NCBI GenBank assembly: GCA_963801615.1
Contig: CAWDFM010000004.1
Location: forward strand, 58,167-122,166
Length of the DNA: 64,000 bases
Direction of reading: 5' to 3'
DNA from: an uncultured Acidobacteriota bacterium
Lineage (GTDB): Bacteria > Acidobacteriota > Terriglobia > Terriglobales > Acidobacteriaceae
The position numbers and the translations under genes are program-made. Under the pieces are notes generated by a model. It was not told the DNA's origin. It saw nothing but the letters and a program-made list of their open reading frames with translations, and did no database searches. This document shows, piece after piece, positions 8,929-19,605 of the stretch. How positions within the stretch are numbered: the stretch's first letter is position 1; each line of letters opens with the position of its first letter.

Positions 8929-10911
8929 TTGTATCGCTATCTAGAGCATCTTCTTGCCCAGCGCGTGCTGGAGTGTCTTGAGCGGCGTCATCCCGGGGTT
9001 ACCCTGCCGCGCGTCGTAATCGAACAGCCACCGCGGGTCGAGCTTGGCGACTTCGCTATTCCCATGTTTCCTTTTGCCAAGCCTCTGCGCTCGGCTCCCC
9101 TGAAGATTGCCGAAGTCATTCGGGCGGAGATGGGAGGCATGGAGGGAATTGCGGAGATGACGGTAACGCCTCCGGGCTACCTCAATGTGAGAATCGATCG
9201 GCCGTGGATGGCTGCGGCTCTCGCTTCCGATCGCAAGGAGCCCGGCGAAATTCCAGCCGGCAAGATCCTGGTCGAGCACTCCAGCATCAATCCCAACAAG
9301 GCCGCGCACATCGGACATCTTCGTAACGCCGTTCTAGGGGACACGTTCGTGCGTCTGCTGCGCTTCGCGGGAAGGGAAGTCGACGTTCAGAACTATATCG
9401 ACAATACGGGCGTACAGGTGGCAGACGTGGTGGTCGGATTTACCCATCTGGAGAAGAAGTCGCCCGCCCAGGTTGAGGCGCTGACGCGACAGCCCCGCTT
9501 CGATTACTACTGCTGGGATCTCTATGCTCGGGTCTCGCAGTGGTACGAGGCCAACCCGCAGGACAAGCAAATCCGGCCGCAGACCTTGCATGCAATCGAA
9601 GATGCCGCCAGCGAGACCGCAGGAGTGGCGGAGGTGATCTCCAATGCCGTGCTGCGCCGCCATCTGGAGACGATGGACCGGCTGGACATCGAATACGATT
9701 TCCTTCCGAGGGAGAGCGAAATTCTGCACCTGCACTTCTGGGATGCGGCTTTTAGCAAGCTGAAGGAAACTGCCGTGCTCACCTTCGAGAGCGAAGGCAA
9801 GAACAAAGGCTGCTGGGTGATGCGCAGGGCCGGAACTGCAAAGGCAGGCTCAGCAGAACTGGAAGCGGGAGAGCAAGACAAAATCAGTGAAGAAGATCAG
9901 AAGGTGATCGTGCGCTCCAATGGCACCGTGGGCTACGTTGGCAAAGATATCGCGTATCACATGTGGAAGTTCGGCTTGCTGGGACGCGACTTCGGCTACC
10001 GCAAGTTCTACCGCTATCCCAACAACCACGACTGCTGGATTTCTACGACCGACGGAGAAAAGGATCACCCGCACTTCGGAGACGTTGCGGAAATCTACAA
10101 CGTGATCGATGCCCGCCAGTCGGAAGCGCAGAACACTGTGATTGAAGCGCTGCGCGGACTAGGCCATGACGAGGCCGCCGATCACTACACCCATTTTTCC
10201 TACGAGATGGTGGCGCTGACGCCGCGATGCGCTGCCGAACTCGGCTACACACTGAGCGACGAGGATAAATCGCGCCCCTACATCGAGGTTAGCGGGCGCA
10301 AAGGTTTCGGGGTGAAGGCGGATGATCTGCTCGATCGCTTGATCGCCTCCGCCAAGAACGAAGTCGACTCGCGGCATCCTCAGTTAAGCGAGCCGGAGCG
10401 GTTAAAGATCGCTACGCAAATTTCCGTTGGCGCCCTCCGCTACTTCATGTTGAAGTACACCAAGCAATCGGTTATCGCATTCGACTTCAAAGATGCTCTC
10501 AGCTTTGAAGGCGAGACCGGCCCGTACGCGCAATATGCGGTGGTGCGCGCCAGCAGCATATTCCGCAAAGCTGGTCTGGAGCCGGATGAGTTCTCGCTGA
10601 AACTGGCACAGCCGGAACTGGCGGCTTCTTTCTCCGGAGAGGACGCAGATGAGATATGGGAGCTTTGGCTTGCCTCCTCGAAGACTTCTTCGGTGGTTGA
10701 GCAATGTATCGCGACAACCGAACCAGCTTATCTGGCGAAGCACGTGTTCCAGTTAGCACAGCTCTTCAACACGTTCTACCATCGTCATCCGATTCTCAGC
10801 GAGGCCGATGACGAGCGAAAACAGTTCTTGCTCGCCACCGTAGCTATAGTCCGTCGGGAACTGATCCGTGCGCTGGCTGTAATGGGGATCACGGTTCCGC
10901 ATGTGATGTAG
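8929..10911 (+). CDS. argS: arginine--tRNA ligase (long form)
   Basis: HSSINPNKAAHIGHLRNAVLGD (HIGH region) and a C-terminal anticodon-binding region ending PHVM. Apparent TTG start. Confidence 0.9.
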   Translation: MYRYLEHLLAQRVLECLERRHPGVTLPRVVIEQPPRVELGDFAIPMFPFAKPLRSAPLKIAEVIRAEMGGMEGIAEMTVTPPGYLNVRIDRPWMAAALASDRKEPGEIPAGKILVEHSSINPNKAAHIGHLRNAVLGDTFVRLLRFAGREVDVQNYIDNTGVQVADVVVGFTHLEKKSPAQVEALTRQPRFDYYCWDLYARVSQWYEANPQDKQIRPQTLHAIEDAASETAGVAEVISNAVLRRHLETMDRLDIEYDFLPRESEILHLHFWDAAFSKLKETAVLTFESEGKNKGCWVMRRAGTAKAGSAELEAGEQDKISEEDQKVIVRSNGTVGYVGKDIAYHMWKFGLLGRDFGYRKFYRYPNNHDCWISTTDGEKDHPHFGDVAEIYNVIDARQSEAQNTVIEALRGLGHDEAADHYTHFSYEMVALTPRCAAELGYTLSDEDKSRPYIEVSGRKGFGVKADDLLDRLIASAKNEVDSRHPQLSEPERLKIATQISVGALRYFMLKYTKQSVIAFDFKDALSFEGETGPYAQYAVVRASSIFRKAGLEPDEFSLKLAQPELAASFSGEDADEIWELWLASSKTSSVVEQCIATTEPAYLAKHVFQLAQLFNTFYHRHPILSEADDERKQFLLATVAIVRRELIRALAVMGITVPHVM

Positions 10912-10997
10912 AATCCCTTGCCAGTATTGAGCGGCCTTGCTGCTCCTTCCAACGCTCGAAGTGCGACGGCATATCGGGCGAGCATGGCTCGGGCAAG

Positions 10998-11029
10998 ACG
11001 GAGCGGCCGTCCCTACATGCATTTTGCAC
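10998..11029. repeat. REP-like element, partial copy (right arm only)
   Basis: gacggagcggccgtccctacatgcattttgcac shares the ccctacatgcattttgcac end with the copy at 21064..21184. Confidence 0.5.
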
Positions 11030-11227
11030 TACGGGATCGCCGGCAGCACGCTCGTGCACCAGGAAAATTATCGCGCGAGTGAACCCATCGACCACGCCCC
11101 ACCGGTAAGTTCACCATGGAATGACAGAGGCACGAGAAATAAAGTAAAGAGGCTTTCTCCGTGCTTCCGTGTCTCTGTGGTGAAATGTTCTCAGCAGCGC
11201 GTTGCTTCCACAAGTCAGGAGCACAGG

Positions 11228-13471
11228 ATGGAATTTACTCACCGGAAGTTTTTCCTATGCGTCGCTCTCGTGAGCCTCTGCTTTCTCGCTTCGACAATTT
11301 GGGTGTCGGCTCAAGACGGCCCGGCGGAGGCTCAAGCGAATCGCGTTGCGAAGCGTGCACGAGTGGGCTTGGCTCTGAGCGGCGGCGGTGCGCTGGGTCT
11401 GGCCGAGGTCGGCGTCATCCAGTGGATGGAAGAAAACCATATCCCAGTTGACCGGATCGCAGGCACGAGTATGGGCGCGATCATCGGCGCCATGTATGCC
11501 ACGGGAATGTCAGCGCCAGAGATGGTGGATTTCGCCGAGAAGGTCAATTGGGACCAAGCCCTTGCTCCGGAACCGGCCTATTCCCAGATTTCGTACCGCC
11601 GCAAGCAAGACCGCGGCGATTTTCTGATCCATGCACCACTCGGCCTGAAACATGGTCTCGCTGGTCCCAACGGCTACAACGCTGGGCAAGGTGTCGGGCT
11701 TCTCCTCGATCGCATTGCCTTTCGGGAGTCTGGAATCTCCAGCTTTGACGACCTCGTCATTCCGTTTCGTTGCGTGGCGACCGACATGCAAACCGGGGAT
11801 GCGGTAATTCTCCACGACGGCCCGCTGGCGCAGGCGGTGCGCGCCTCCATGGCCATCCCAGGCATGTTCACTCCCGTGCAAATCCAGGGACGCATGCTGG
11901 CCGATGGCGGCATGGTGCAAAACATCCCCGTTGAAACGGTCCGCAGCATTGATGCGGATGTGGTGATCGCGATCGAGCTTCGCCTCCCGCCCGGCGACAT
12001 CAAGGAACTGAACACGCTGACCGGCGTTCTTTCGCGCGCGGTCGACGTGATGATCATTCAAAACGAGCATCGCTCGCTTGAGCACGCCGACAGCAGAATC
12101 AGCGTGGACATGAAGGGCTTCTTTGTCGACGATTACGGCCGCGTGAAGGACCTGATCGCACTGGGATACAAAACTGCCGCAGGCGAATCCGCCGAGTTGC
12201 TGAAGTATGCCATTCAGGATCCCGCAGAGTGGCAGCGCTATCTGGATGAGCGCAAGGCCCGCAAGCGCCCGCCCATCAAGCAAGTCGACGCAATCGTCGT
12301 CAGCGGCGCCGATCGCGACGCCGACGATACCATTCGACACCGCCTCAGCGAGGATCTGGGCAAGCCTCTCCATCTTCCTACGTTGGAGAAGCAACTGACG
12401 CAGATTGCCGGCGAAGGGCAGTTCGATCACCTGGGCTACGAAGGTTTCGTACAGAATGGCGTCCCCGCGCTGCGCATCACCGCACATGAGAAAGCGTACG
12501 GCCCGCCATTTGTGGATTTGGCGGTGAATGTGGAAGGTTCAGGTGTCGCCGCATTCGACTTCTCCGCCGGGGCCCGCATCACATTTATGGATGTCGCTCA
12601 TCGCGGCGGCGAGTGGCGCAATGATCTTCTATTCGGCTCCAGCAATTTAGGGGCGAGCGAATACTACCAGCCCATCGGCCGCTCGCGTTTCTTTGTGGCT
12701 CCGTATGCATTTGCTTCCAAGTACGGACGAAACTCATTCACCGGCCTGACCCGCATCGCGATCTTCGGCGACGAGCGCGCGGGCGGCGGTTTCGACCTGG
12801 GATTCGAACCTAACTTGCGCAGTGAGGTTCGTATCGGATATGAAATCTTCGATGGAAAACTCGCTCCTCTTGTGGGCGCCGCAGGACTGCCTATTCTTCA
12901 CGGCAGCACGGGGCTGTTCCGCGCGCGCTATGTTTGGGATGGTCAGGACAGCCCCTCGGTGCCGAGCAAGGGAAGTCGCGTGGTCGCGATGGTTTCACGA
13001 GTGTTGCAGACTCCGGGCGTTTCGCATTCCATCGATCAACTGGATGTGCGGAGCTCCAATTTTGTGCCGCTCGGCAACAAGACGTCGCTGTTCTTCGATG
13101 TTGCCGGCGGATCGACGTTCCGTGGGCCCGCCGGACCGTTCCAGGTTTTCGAGCTCGGCGGACCGTTCCGGCTGGGCGCGTATTTCCCGGATGAATTCCT
13201 GGGCAATCATTATGTCTACTCGTCGTTCGGCTTCCGCCGAGAGTTCTACCGGCTGCCGCAGCTGGCAGGGAACAAAGTTTACTGGGGAGGATGGTACGAG
13301 GCTGGCTCGGCTTTCGGTACGGCAAGGGATGACCCTGGGCCGGTGGTGATCCGTGGCACATTCAATATCGGAGTTATCGCCGACACGGTTATCGGCCCAA
13401 TCACGCTCGCAGGCAGCGTAAGCCCCACAGGCCAGAGCCGGGTCAACTTCTCTATAGGACGCGCATTTTGA
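11228..13471 (+). CDS. patatin-like phospholipase fused to C-terminal Omp85-type beta-barrel (PlpD-like, type Vd autotransporter architecture)
   Basis: Signal peptide MEFTHRKFFLCVALVSLCFLASTIWVSAQ with aggag upstream. Patatin motifs GLALSGGGALG and GTSMG (GxSxG), plus DGG. C-terminal beta-rich region ends in F. Confidence 0.8.
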   Translation: MEFTHRKFFLCVALVSLCFLASTIWVSAQDGPAEAQANRVAKRARVGLALSGGGALGLAEVGVIQWMEENHIPVDRIAGTSMGAIIGAMYATGMSAPEMVDFAEKVNWDQALAPEPAYSQISYRRKQDRGDFLIHAPLGLKHGLAGPNGYNAGQGVGLLLDRIAFRESGISSFDDLVIPFRCVATDMQTGDAVILHDGPLAQAVRASMAIPGMFTPVQIQGRMLADGGMVQNIPVETVRSIDADVVIAIELRLPPGDIKELNTLTGVLSRAVDVMIIQNEHRSLEHADSRISVDMKGFFVDDYGRVKDLIALGYKTAAGESAELLKYAIQDPAEWQRYLDERKARKRPPIKQVDAIVVSGADRDADDTIRHRLSEDLGKPLHLPTLEKQLTQIAGEGQFDHLGYEGFVQNGVPALRITAHEKAYGPPFVDLAVNVEGSGVAAFDFSAGARITFMDVAHRGGEWRNDLLFGSSNLGASEYYQPIGRSRFFVAPYAFASKYGRNSFTGLTRIAIFGDERAGGGFDLGFEPNLRSEVRIGYEIFDGKLAPLVGAAGLPILHGSTGLFRARYVWDGQDSPSVPSKGSRVVAMVSRVLQTPGVSHSIDQLDVRSSNFVPLGNKTSLFFDVAGGSTFRGPAGPFQVFELGGPFRLGAYFPDEFLGNHYVYSSFGFRREFYRLPQLAGNKVYWGGWYEAGSAFGTARDDPGPVVIRGTFNIGVIADTVIGPITLAGSVSPTGQSRVNFSIGRAF

Positions 13472-13550
13472 AGCTTAGTTGTGGAGCGGCGGAGGGCTCG
13501 TCCGCCGCCCCCCGGACGAGGCGTCCGGGGCTCCACGTTCCAGCAGGCAG

Positions 13551-13594
13551 TCGAGCTTCGCTCGACTGGACAGCCCGGGGGCTGTCCCTACGTG
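13551..13594. repeat. REP-like element, partial copy
   Basis: tcgagcttcgctcgactggacagcccgggggctgtccctacgtg lies between the convergent patatin and ADH genes. Confidence 0.6.
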
Positions 13595-13601
13595 ACCATT
13601 G

Positions 13602-14657
13602 CTAGCGCAACGAAGCCATATCAATCACAAAGCGGTAGCGCACGTCGCTCTTCAGAACCCGCTCGTAGGCTTCATTCACTTTCTGAATCGGGACCATCTC
13701 TATATCGCAAGCGATGTTGTGCTTGCTGCAGAAATCCAGCATCTCCTGGATTTCCCGAATGCCGCCGATCTGCGATCCGGCGATGCTGCGTCGACGACTA
13801 GTCAAGGAGAACACTCCCAGAGGAATGTCTTTTTCTGGAAGTCCGACGACCACCATGGTTCCGTCAAGCTTCAGCAGGTCCAGATACTGTGTCCAATCCA
13901 GGCGCGCCGAAACTGTGTTGATGATGAGATCGAACGTTCCGGCCAACTTCGTAAATGTCTCAGGATCAGAGGTGGCGTAGAAATGATCTGCTCCCAGGCG
14001 TTTGCCATCTGCCTGCTTCTTCAGAGACTGGCTTAGCACAGAAACCTCAGCGCCCATCGCATGCGACAGCTTTACTCCCATGTGCCCCAGGCCGCCTAGT
14101 CCCACGATGGCGACGTTCTTTCCCGGTCCCGCGTTCCAATGCCGCAGCGGCGAGTAGAGTGTGATGCCGGCGCAAAGCAGTGGCGCACATGCCTCAAGGG
14201 GAAGGTTCTCGGGCATTCGCAGCACGTAGTTCTCATTGACGGTGATCTGGTCGGAATAGCCGCCATAGGTCGGCGCGCCTTCTTTATCGCGACCGTTGTA
14301 AGTCCAGACGGTTTGTACTCTGCAGTACTGTTCCAGCCCGGCCTTGCATTCGGGACAACTGCGGCACGAATCCACATAACAACCCACCCCAACCTTGTCG
14401 CCCACTTTATATTTCGAAACCTTGCCGCCCACGGCGTTCACAATTCCGGCAATTTCATGGCCCGGCACCATGGGGAAAATGGCTTCGTCCTGATATTCGC
14501 TCCACTCGTCCCGCGTCTGGTGGATGTCCGAGTGGCAAATGCCGCAATACTTGATGTCAATGACGACGTCGTAGTCTCGCGTTTCGCGGCGCTCGAAAGA
14601 ATAGGGCTTTAACGGATCTTTCGCTTTCAAAGCAGCATATCCCTTGCACTTGCTCAT
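13602..14657 (-). CDS. zinc-dependent NAD(P) alcohol dehydrogenase (CAD/YahK-like)
   Basis: CGICHSDIH catalytic zinc motif, structural zinc cluster [15 protein letters not shown], and GLGGLGHMG Rossmann motif. Confidence 0.9.
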   Translation of the reverse strand: MSKCKGYAALKAKDPLKPYSFERRETRDYDVVIDIKYCGICHSDIHQTRDEWSEYQDEAIFPMVPGHEIAGIVNAVGGKVSKYKVGDKVGVGCYVDSCRSCPECKAGLEQYCRVQTVWTYNGRDKEGAPTYGGYSDQITVNENYVLRMPENLPLEACAPLLCAGITLYSPLRHWNAGPGKNVAIVGLGGLGHMGVKLSHAMGAEVSVLSQSLKKQADGKRLGADHFYATSDPETFTKLAGTFDLIINTVSARLDWTQYLDLLKLDGTMVVVGLPEKDIPLGVFSLTSRRRSIAGSQIGGIREIQEMLDFCSKHNIACDIEMVPIQKVNEAYERVLKSDVRYRFVIDMASLR

Positions 14658-14823
14658 GCTCTTGTATTCCTTTCAATGAACGATGAATGCCCGGTTAGAT
14701 GATCCTCTGAACGAATCGCTTCTGCAAACTAGGTTTAAGAGGCTGATTTCCTGGAGTTCCTTCGCCTTTGCCCCCTGATATATACTTCGCCCTCGGTCAT
14801 CTCAAGCCAGGTAAAACGATATC

Positions 14824-16707
14824 GTGCGTTCTTCGAACTTGCTGGTTTTTCCTTTTCTTCTGCTTGTCGTCGCAGCCGCCCCACAGACACCCTCCCAAAG
14901 TCCCACTAAGCCGCCGTTCAAGCTGCAGGAAGTTATGATTCCGGTGCGCGATGGCGTCCGCCTGCAAACGGCAATTCTCACTCCCGTGGACCAGCAGGGT
15001 CCGTTGCCCATTCTCTTCCGCCGCACGCCTTACGGGGTTCCTGAGAAACCGCTGGAGCAAATGCCCGCCTCGCTCAAAGAACTTGCCCAGGATGGCTACA
15101 TCTTCGTCATCCAGAACCTGCGGGGACGCTTCAAATCCGAAGGCAAGTTCGATCTGACCTCCTGGGTCGATCTCAACGATCCTAAAGCCACAAACGAGAC
15201 TACCGACGCCTACGACTCGATCGAATGGCTGCTGAAAAATGTTCCCAACAACAACGGCAAAGTCGGGATGTACGGTGTTTCTTACGATGGCCTGACAACC
15301 GCTCTTACCCTTCTGCATCCGCACCCGGCGCTGAAGGCGATCAGTGAGCAGGCCTCGCCGGTTGATCAGTGGATGAATGACGACGACCATCGCTATGGCG
15401 CCCTGCGGGAAAGCTACGATTTCGAATACGCGGTGATGGAGCAGGCGGATAAAAACAAGAACACCCATTTCGACTTCGACCTTTACGACACCTACGAGTG
15501 GTACCTGGATCTGGGACCGCTGTCCAACATCAATGCAAAGTATCTGCACGGCTCGATTCCTTACTGGAATTCAAGTGTCGATCACCCTGACTACGACGAG
15601 TTCTGGAAAAGGGAAGCGTGGGTCCGTCAACTTCATGCCTCGACCGTTCCGAACCTCAATGTTGCCGGATTCTGGGACCAGGAAGATCCATGGGGACCGT
15701 GGCAGATTTTTCGTCATGCCGAAGAGAGCGACCCGCAACACACCAACTTCATCGTGGCGGGTCCGTGGTACCACGGTGAGTGGCAGGCGCCCAAGGGCGA
15801 CAGCATCGGGCTGATTCCTTTCGCCGGACACGAGACCTCGCGCGAATTCCGCGAGAACATCGAAGCGCCATTCTTCCGTTACTACCTGCATGACAAGGGC
15901 GAAAAGCCGCAGTGGCAGGCCAGCACATTTCAGAGCGGATCCAACACCTGGCATACCTATCCCGTATGGCCGCCCAAAGAGGCCAAGACTACGAATCTGT
16001 ATCTCTACGCGGATGGAACTTTGTCGTTTACGGCTCCGGACTCGACCTCAGGCAAGAAGTTTCGCCAGTACGTATCCGATCCGGCAAACCCCGTGCCCTA
16101 TCGCACTCGACCGATTTCCCCGACGTATCCGGGTGGCGATTGGCGCACGTGGGAAGTGGCAGACCAGCGCTTCGTGGATAATCGTCCTGATGTTCTCTCC
16201 TTCGTCAGCGCGCCGCTCGATCACGATCTGACCATCACGGGCCCACTCGCGGCCGATCTCTTCGCCTCGACCTCGGGCACGGACGGCGACTTCGTCGTGA
16301 AATTGATCGACGTGTATCCGCAGGACGTGCAGAAGAATGAATGGAATCCCGACGAAGGTCCTAAGCCTGGCCAGTACGCGCAGTCGCTGAATGGGTACGA
16401 GTTGCCCATTGCCATGGAAGTCCGCCGCGGCCGTTATCTGGAGAGCTTTGAGACGCCGCATCCGCTCACAGCCAATAAGCCCACGGAATGGAGTGTGCCC
16501 CTTCGAGATCATGACCACGTGTTTCTCAAAGGACATCGCATCATGGTGCAGGTCCAATCGACGTGGTTCCCGGTGATCGATCGCAACCCGCAGAAATACG
16601 TTCCCAACATCTACCAGGCGAAAGCCACTGATTTCGTCTCCGCCACCCAGCGGATTTATTGTTCGCCGGAAATGCCGTCGCACATTGTGCTGCCCGTGAT
16701 CCCCTAG
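14824..16707 (+). CDS. CocE/NonD-family (S15, X-Pro dipeptidyl-peptidase-like) serine hydrolase, secreted
   Basis: Signal peptide, GMYGVSYDG nucleophile elbow, 627 aa with a C-terminal jelly-roll-like region. Confidence 0.85.
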   Translation: MRSSNLLVFPFLLLVVAAAPQTPSQSPTKPPFKLQEVMIPVRDGVRLQTAILTPVDQQGPLPILFRRTPYGVPEKPLEQMPASLKELAQDGYIFVIQNLRGRFKSEGKFDLTSWVDLNDPKATNETTDAYDSIEWLLKNVPNNNGKVGMYGVSYDGLTTALTLLHPHPALKAISEQASPVDQWMNDDDHRYGALRESYDFEYAVMEQADKNKNTHFDFDLYDTYEWYLDLGPLSNINAKYLHGSIPYWNSSVDHPDYDEFWKREAWVRQLHASTVPNLNVAGFWDQEDPWGPWQIFRHAEESDPQHTNFIVAGPWYHGEWQAPKGDSIGLIPFAGHETSREFRENIEAPFFRYYLHDKGEKPQWQASTFQSGSNTWHTYPVWPPKEAKTTNLYLYADGTLSFTAPDSTSGKKFRQYVSDPANPVPYRTRPISPTYPGGDWRTWEVADQRFVDNRPDVLSFVSAPLDHDLTITGPLAADLFASTSGTDGDFVVKLIDVYPQDVQKNEWNPDEGPKPGQYAQSLNGYELPIAMEVRRGRYLESFETPHPLTANKPTEWSVPLRDHDHVFLKGHRIMVQVQSTWFPVIDRNPQKYVPNIYQAKATDFVSATQRIYCSPEMPSHIVLPVIP

Positions 16708-16717
16708 TTCAAAATGT

Positions 16718-16828
16718 GTGGGGACAGCCGCCTCGGCTGTCCGGCCCGGCGAAGCCGGGCAGGGGCGCCACTCAACACCATAGTCGAGCTTCGCTCGACC
16801 GGACAGCCGAGGCGGCTGTCCCTACATG
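16718..16828. repeat. REP-like nested palindromic element, full copy 2
   Basis: Near-identical to 2118..2228. Lies between the convergent S15 peptidase and M1 aminopeptidase genes. Confidence 0.8.
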
Positions 16829-16885
16829 TCACAACAAAACGGCCCGAGAAAAAATCCCGGGCCGTATTTTGTTAGCTTACGAAGG

Positions 16886-19510
16886 TTACTTTCCGCCAGC
16901 GTTTCCATGCTGTCCCAGCCACGAAGCCAGTTGCGGTTCCTGTTGCGATTTCAAATCTACACAGTTGTTGATGCGCTCAATCGACTGCTTATATGTGCGT
17001 TCGGCGGCGGCGACCTTATGCGCGGCGAAGAAATCCGTGACCTGGTCGCGCATCCCGGAGTCGCAAAAAACGCTGGTCGCTCCGACAATTTGTGCGCTGG
17101 CGAACGGACCTCCTGCTTTCTCCAACTCGGGCCAGTGCTGGCGAATAAAATCCCATGCCAGTTTTTCTCCCGCTGGATTAGCGAGTACTCCAGTGACCAG
17201 TTGCAGAGCATCCTGCGAGCGCACCTCAGGGGAAACTGAAAATTCCAGGGTGCGCTGCAGCAACTTCGGATCGGTGAACTGCGGCAATGTGAAGAAATAT
17301 GTGTAGTACTCCTCCGGCGACTTCGTGCTCTTCAGAGCTGTCATCACACGGTCGTAGAACGCTGCATCGCCATTCAATGCCGCCAGAGCAAATGCGCCAC
17401 CGGCCAGTTCCTGATCCACGGAGGAAGGGTCGGCCAGGGCTTTATCCGCTATCTTACGGGCTTCAGCCAGAGCTTCGGGATCGCGCGCGTCATAGCCCGC
17501 TGCGTTGAAGAGCCGCGCCCGCAGGGTCCGTTGTTCGTCGCTTTCTCCCGGTTTCGGCTCCCATCCCACTTCCCTCATCGCCGGGGTAAGAAATTGCCGT
17601 AACCATTCGCGGTAGGAACTTCGATCGTTGTCACTGACCAGATAGCGCTGGATGTAGTCGAGCCTTCCCAGCACATCCTCCAGAACCGCGCGGTTTCGAT
17701 CCGACTGCAGCCCCTGCGCGAATGCGAGGTAATCGCCAACCGGTTCGCGACCTACGCGCACCGAAGCCCAGATGTCATTCTGCACTGAGATCCGCTCTGC
17801 TGGAGTCAGCTTGGTCTCGGCATCGGCGGCCAGCGCCCGAACCGCGTCCGGCTGATAGCCGACGCGGTAATAGCCCGTGGCTCCCGCGTTGGCCAGAACC
17901 CAGTTTGAGCATCCGGGCAAGGTGAACGTGGATTCTTTCCTGGTGAGCAGCTCACACTTCGGGGCAGCCTGCGGATTTGCCGAGCCCTTGAGGCAAAGCG
18001 GAATTTGCCACATTTGATCGTTGGCAGCCTCGAACTTCGCTCGATCAAAGTAGTAGCGCTGCTGACTCAAGCTGACATTCGTGGAAGTGCCAGAACATTG
18101 CGCCTTCACATTGACAATGGGAGCGCCGGCCTGCTGCACCCAGGTAGGCATGATCTTATCGACCGGCTTCTTGGAGGTTTTGGCCTGCGCATCCCAGAAG
18201 TCCGCCGCGGTGGCATTGCCATACTCGTGCTGTTTCACATACGAGTTCACGCCTGCACGGAACGTTTCCTCGCCCAGATAGGCTTCCAGCATCCGCAAAA
18301 CAGCGGCGGCTTTGCCGTAAGCGATGCCGTCAAACAGCTCCTGGATCTGCGCCGGAGTATCGGCGTCCTGGTGGATGGGGCGGGTATTTTCCAGCGCGTC
18401 CACGTTCAAAGTTCCGCCAGTGCCGCTAACGTCGTCGAGATCGTAGTTCCACTCCGGCTTCCACTTGGCGACAGGCTTGCTCGACATCCAGGTGGCGAAT
18501 CCTTCGTTCAGCCAAACGTCATCCCACCATTTCATCGTGACCAGATCGCCAAACCACATGTGGGCGATCTCGTGCGAAGTCACCGAGGCGATCGCCTTTT
18601 TTAGATCGACCGATCCTTGTTTCTCGTCGATGAGCAGAATGACCTCACGGAAGGTGATGCAACCTACGTTCTCCATGGCGCCGGCCGAAAAATCCGGCAG
18701 CCCGATCAGATCCAGCTTGCCGTAGGGATACTTGATTCCGAAGTAGTTGTTGTAGTAGCTGACGATGTATTTCGCCGCCTCCAGCGCGAATCTGCCCATC
18801 TCCTTCTTGCCGGGAGTGCTGTACACGCGAATGGGAATTCCGTCTACTGAGCCTTCCACATATTCGAAATTGCCCACTACGAGCGCCGCGAGATAGGAGG
18901 ACATCTTTGCCGTGGTCGCGAACTTCACCGTGTGCTTTTCACCCGGACCGGGTGTATCGGAAAGGACTTTGTAGTTGGAGATTGCCACTTGACCCTTGTC
19001 CGCAACCGCGCGGATATCGAAGGTGGCCTTGTAATCCGGTTCATCGAAGGAGGGATACGCGCGTCGCGCGTCGGTGGCTTCGAACTGAGTAGCCGCATAC
19101 TTTCGGCCCTGATCGTCCTTGCCGAGATACAAGCCGCGCATCTCGCTGTTTAGAATCCCGGTGTAGGTGATGTGTATCTTCGCGGTGCCCGCGGGCAGCG
19201 GCTTTTCGACCGTCAGCACCACCATTTCTTTATCTTTCTCCGGCGTTACTTTTGCCTTGTGGGTGGTGGCGCCGCTGGTGATGGTGACATCGTGGAAATC
19301 GATGTCTACGGCATTCAGAGTGACTTCGGAGGTCGGCTTCAAGACCTGGACTGTGATGGTCTCATCACCTTGAAACTTCGCATTCGCCAGATCAGGAGTG
19401 AAAGTGAGATTGTAGTTTTCCGGCCGGGCGATGCCCTCGGGCAAACGTTGCGCGATTGCCCACGAGAAGGTCAGCATCACAAACGCCAGGACTGCCAAAA
19501 GTCGCTTCAT
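16886..19510 (-). CDS. pepN: M1-family aminopeptidase (aminopeptidase N-like), secreted
   Basis: GAMEN exopeptidase motif, HEIAHMWFGDLVTMKWWDDVWLNEGFA (HExxH-18-E), signal peptide, and an ERAP1-like C-terminal domain. Confidence 0.9.
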   Translation of the reverse strand: MKRLLAVLAFVMLTFSWAIAQRLPEGIARPENYNLTFTPDLANAKFQGDETITVQVLKPTSEVTLNAVDIDFHDVTITSGATTHKAKVTPEKDKEMVVLTVEKPLPAGTAKIHITYTGILNSEMRGLYLGKDDQGRKYAATQFEATDARRAYPSFDEPDYKATFDIRAVADKGQVAISNYKVLSDTPGPGEKHTVKFATTAKMSSYLAALVVGNFEYVEGSVDGIPIRVYSTPGKKEMGRFALEAAKYIVSYYNNYFGIKYPYGKLDLIGLPDFSAGAMENVGCITFREVILLIDEKQGSVDLKKAIASVTSHEIAHMWFGDLVTMKWWDDVWLNEGFATWMSSKPVAKWKPEWNYDLDDVSGTGGTLNVDALENTRPIHQDADTPAQIQELFDGIAYGKAAAVLRMLEAYLGEETFRAGVNSYVKQHEYGNATAADFWDAQAKTSKKPVDKIMPTWVQQAGAPIVNVKAQCSGTSTNVSLSQQRYYFDRAKFEAANDQMWQIPLCLKGSANPQAAPKCELLTRKESTFTLPGCSNWVLANAGATGYYRVGYQPDAVRALAADAETKLTPAERISVQNDIWASVRVGREPVGDYLAFAQGLQSDRNRAVLEDVLGRLDYIQRYLVSDNDRSSYREWLRQFLTPAMREVGWEPKPGESDEQRTLRARLFNAAGYDARDPEALAEARKIADKALADPSSVDQELAGGAFALAALNGDAAFYDRVMTALKSTKSPEEYYTYFFTLPQFTDPKLLQRTLEFSVSPEVRSQDALQLVTGVLANPAGEKLAWDFIRQHWPELEKAGGPFASAQIVGATSVFCDSGMRDQVTDFFAAHKVAAAERTYKQSIERINNCVDLKSQQEPQLASWLGQHGNAGGK

Positions 19511-19605
19511 GGATTTCCCTCAAGAATTTGAATCCGTTTTACAGATCAGCAGGGCTGCAGTCACACGGTGCTTCTGCTCAGTACGGATGAGCGCCTCGAA
19601 AAGTT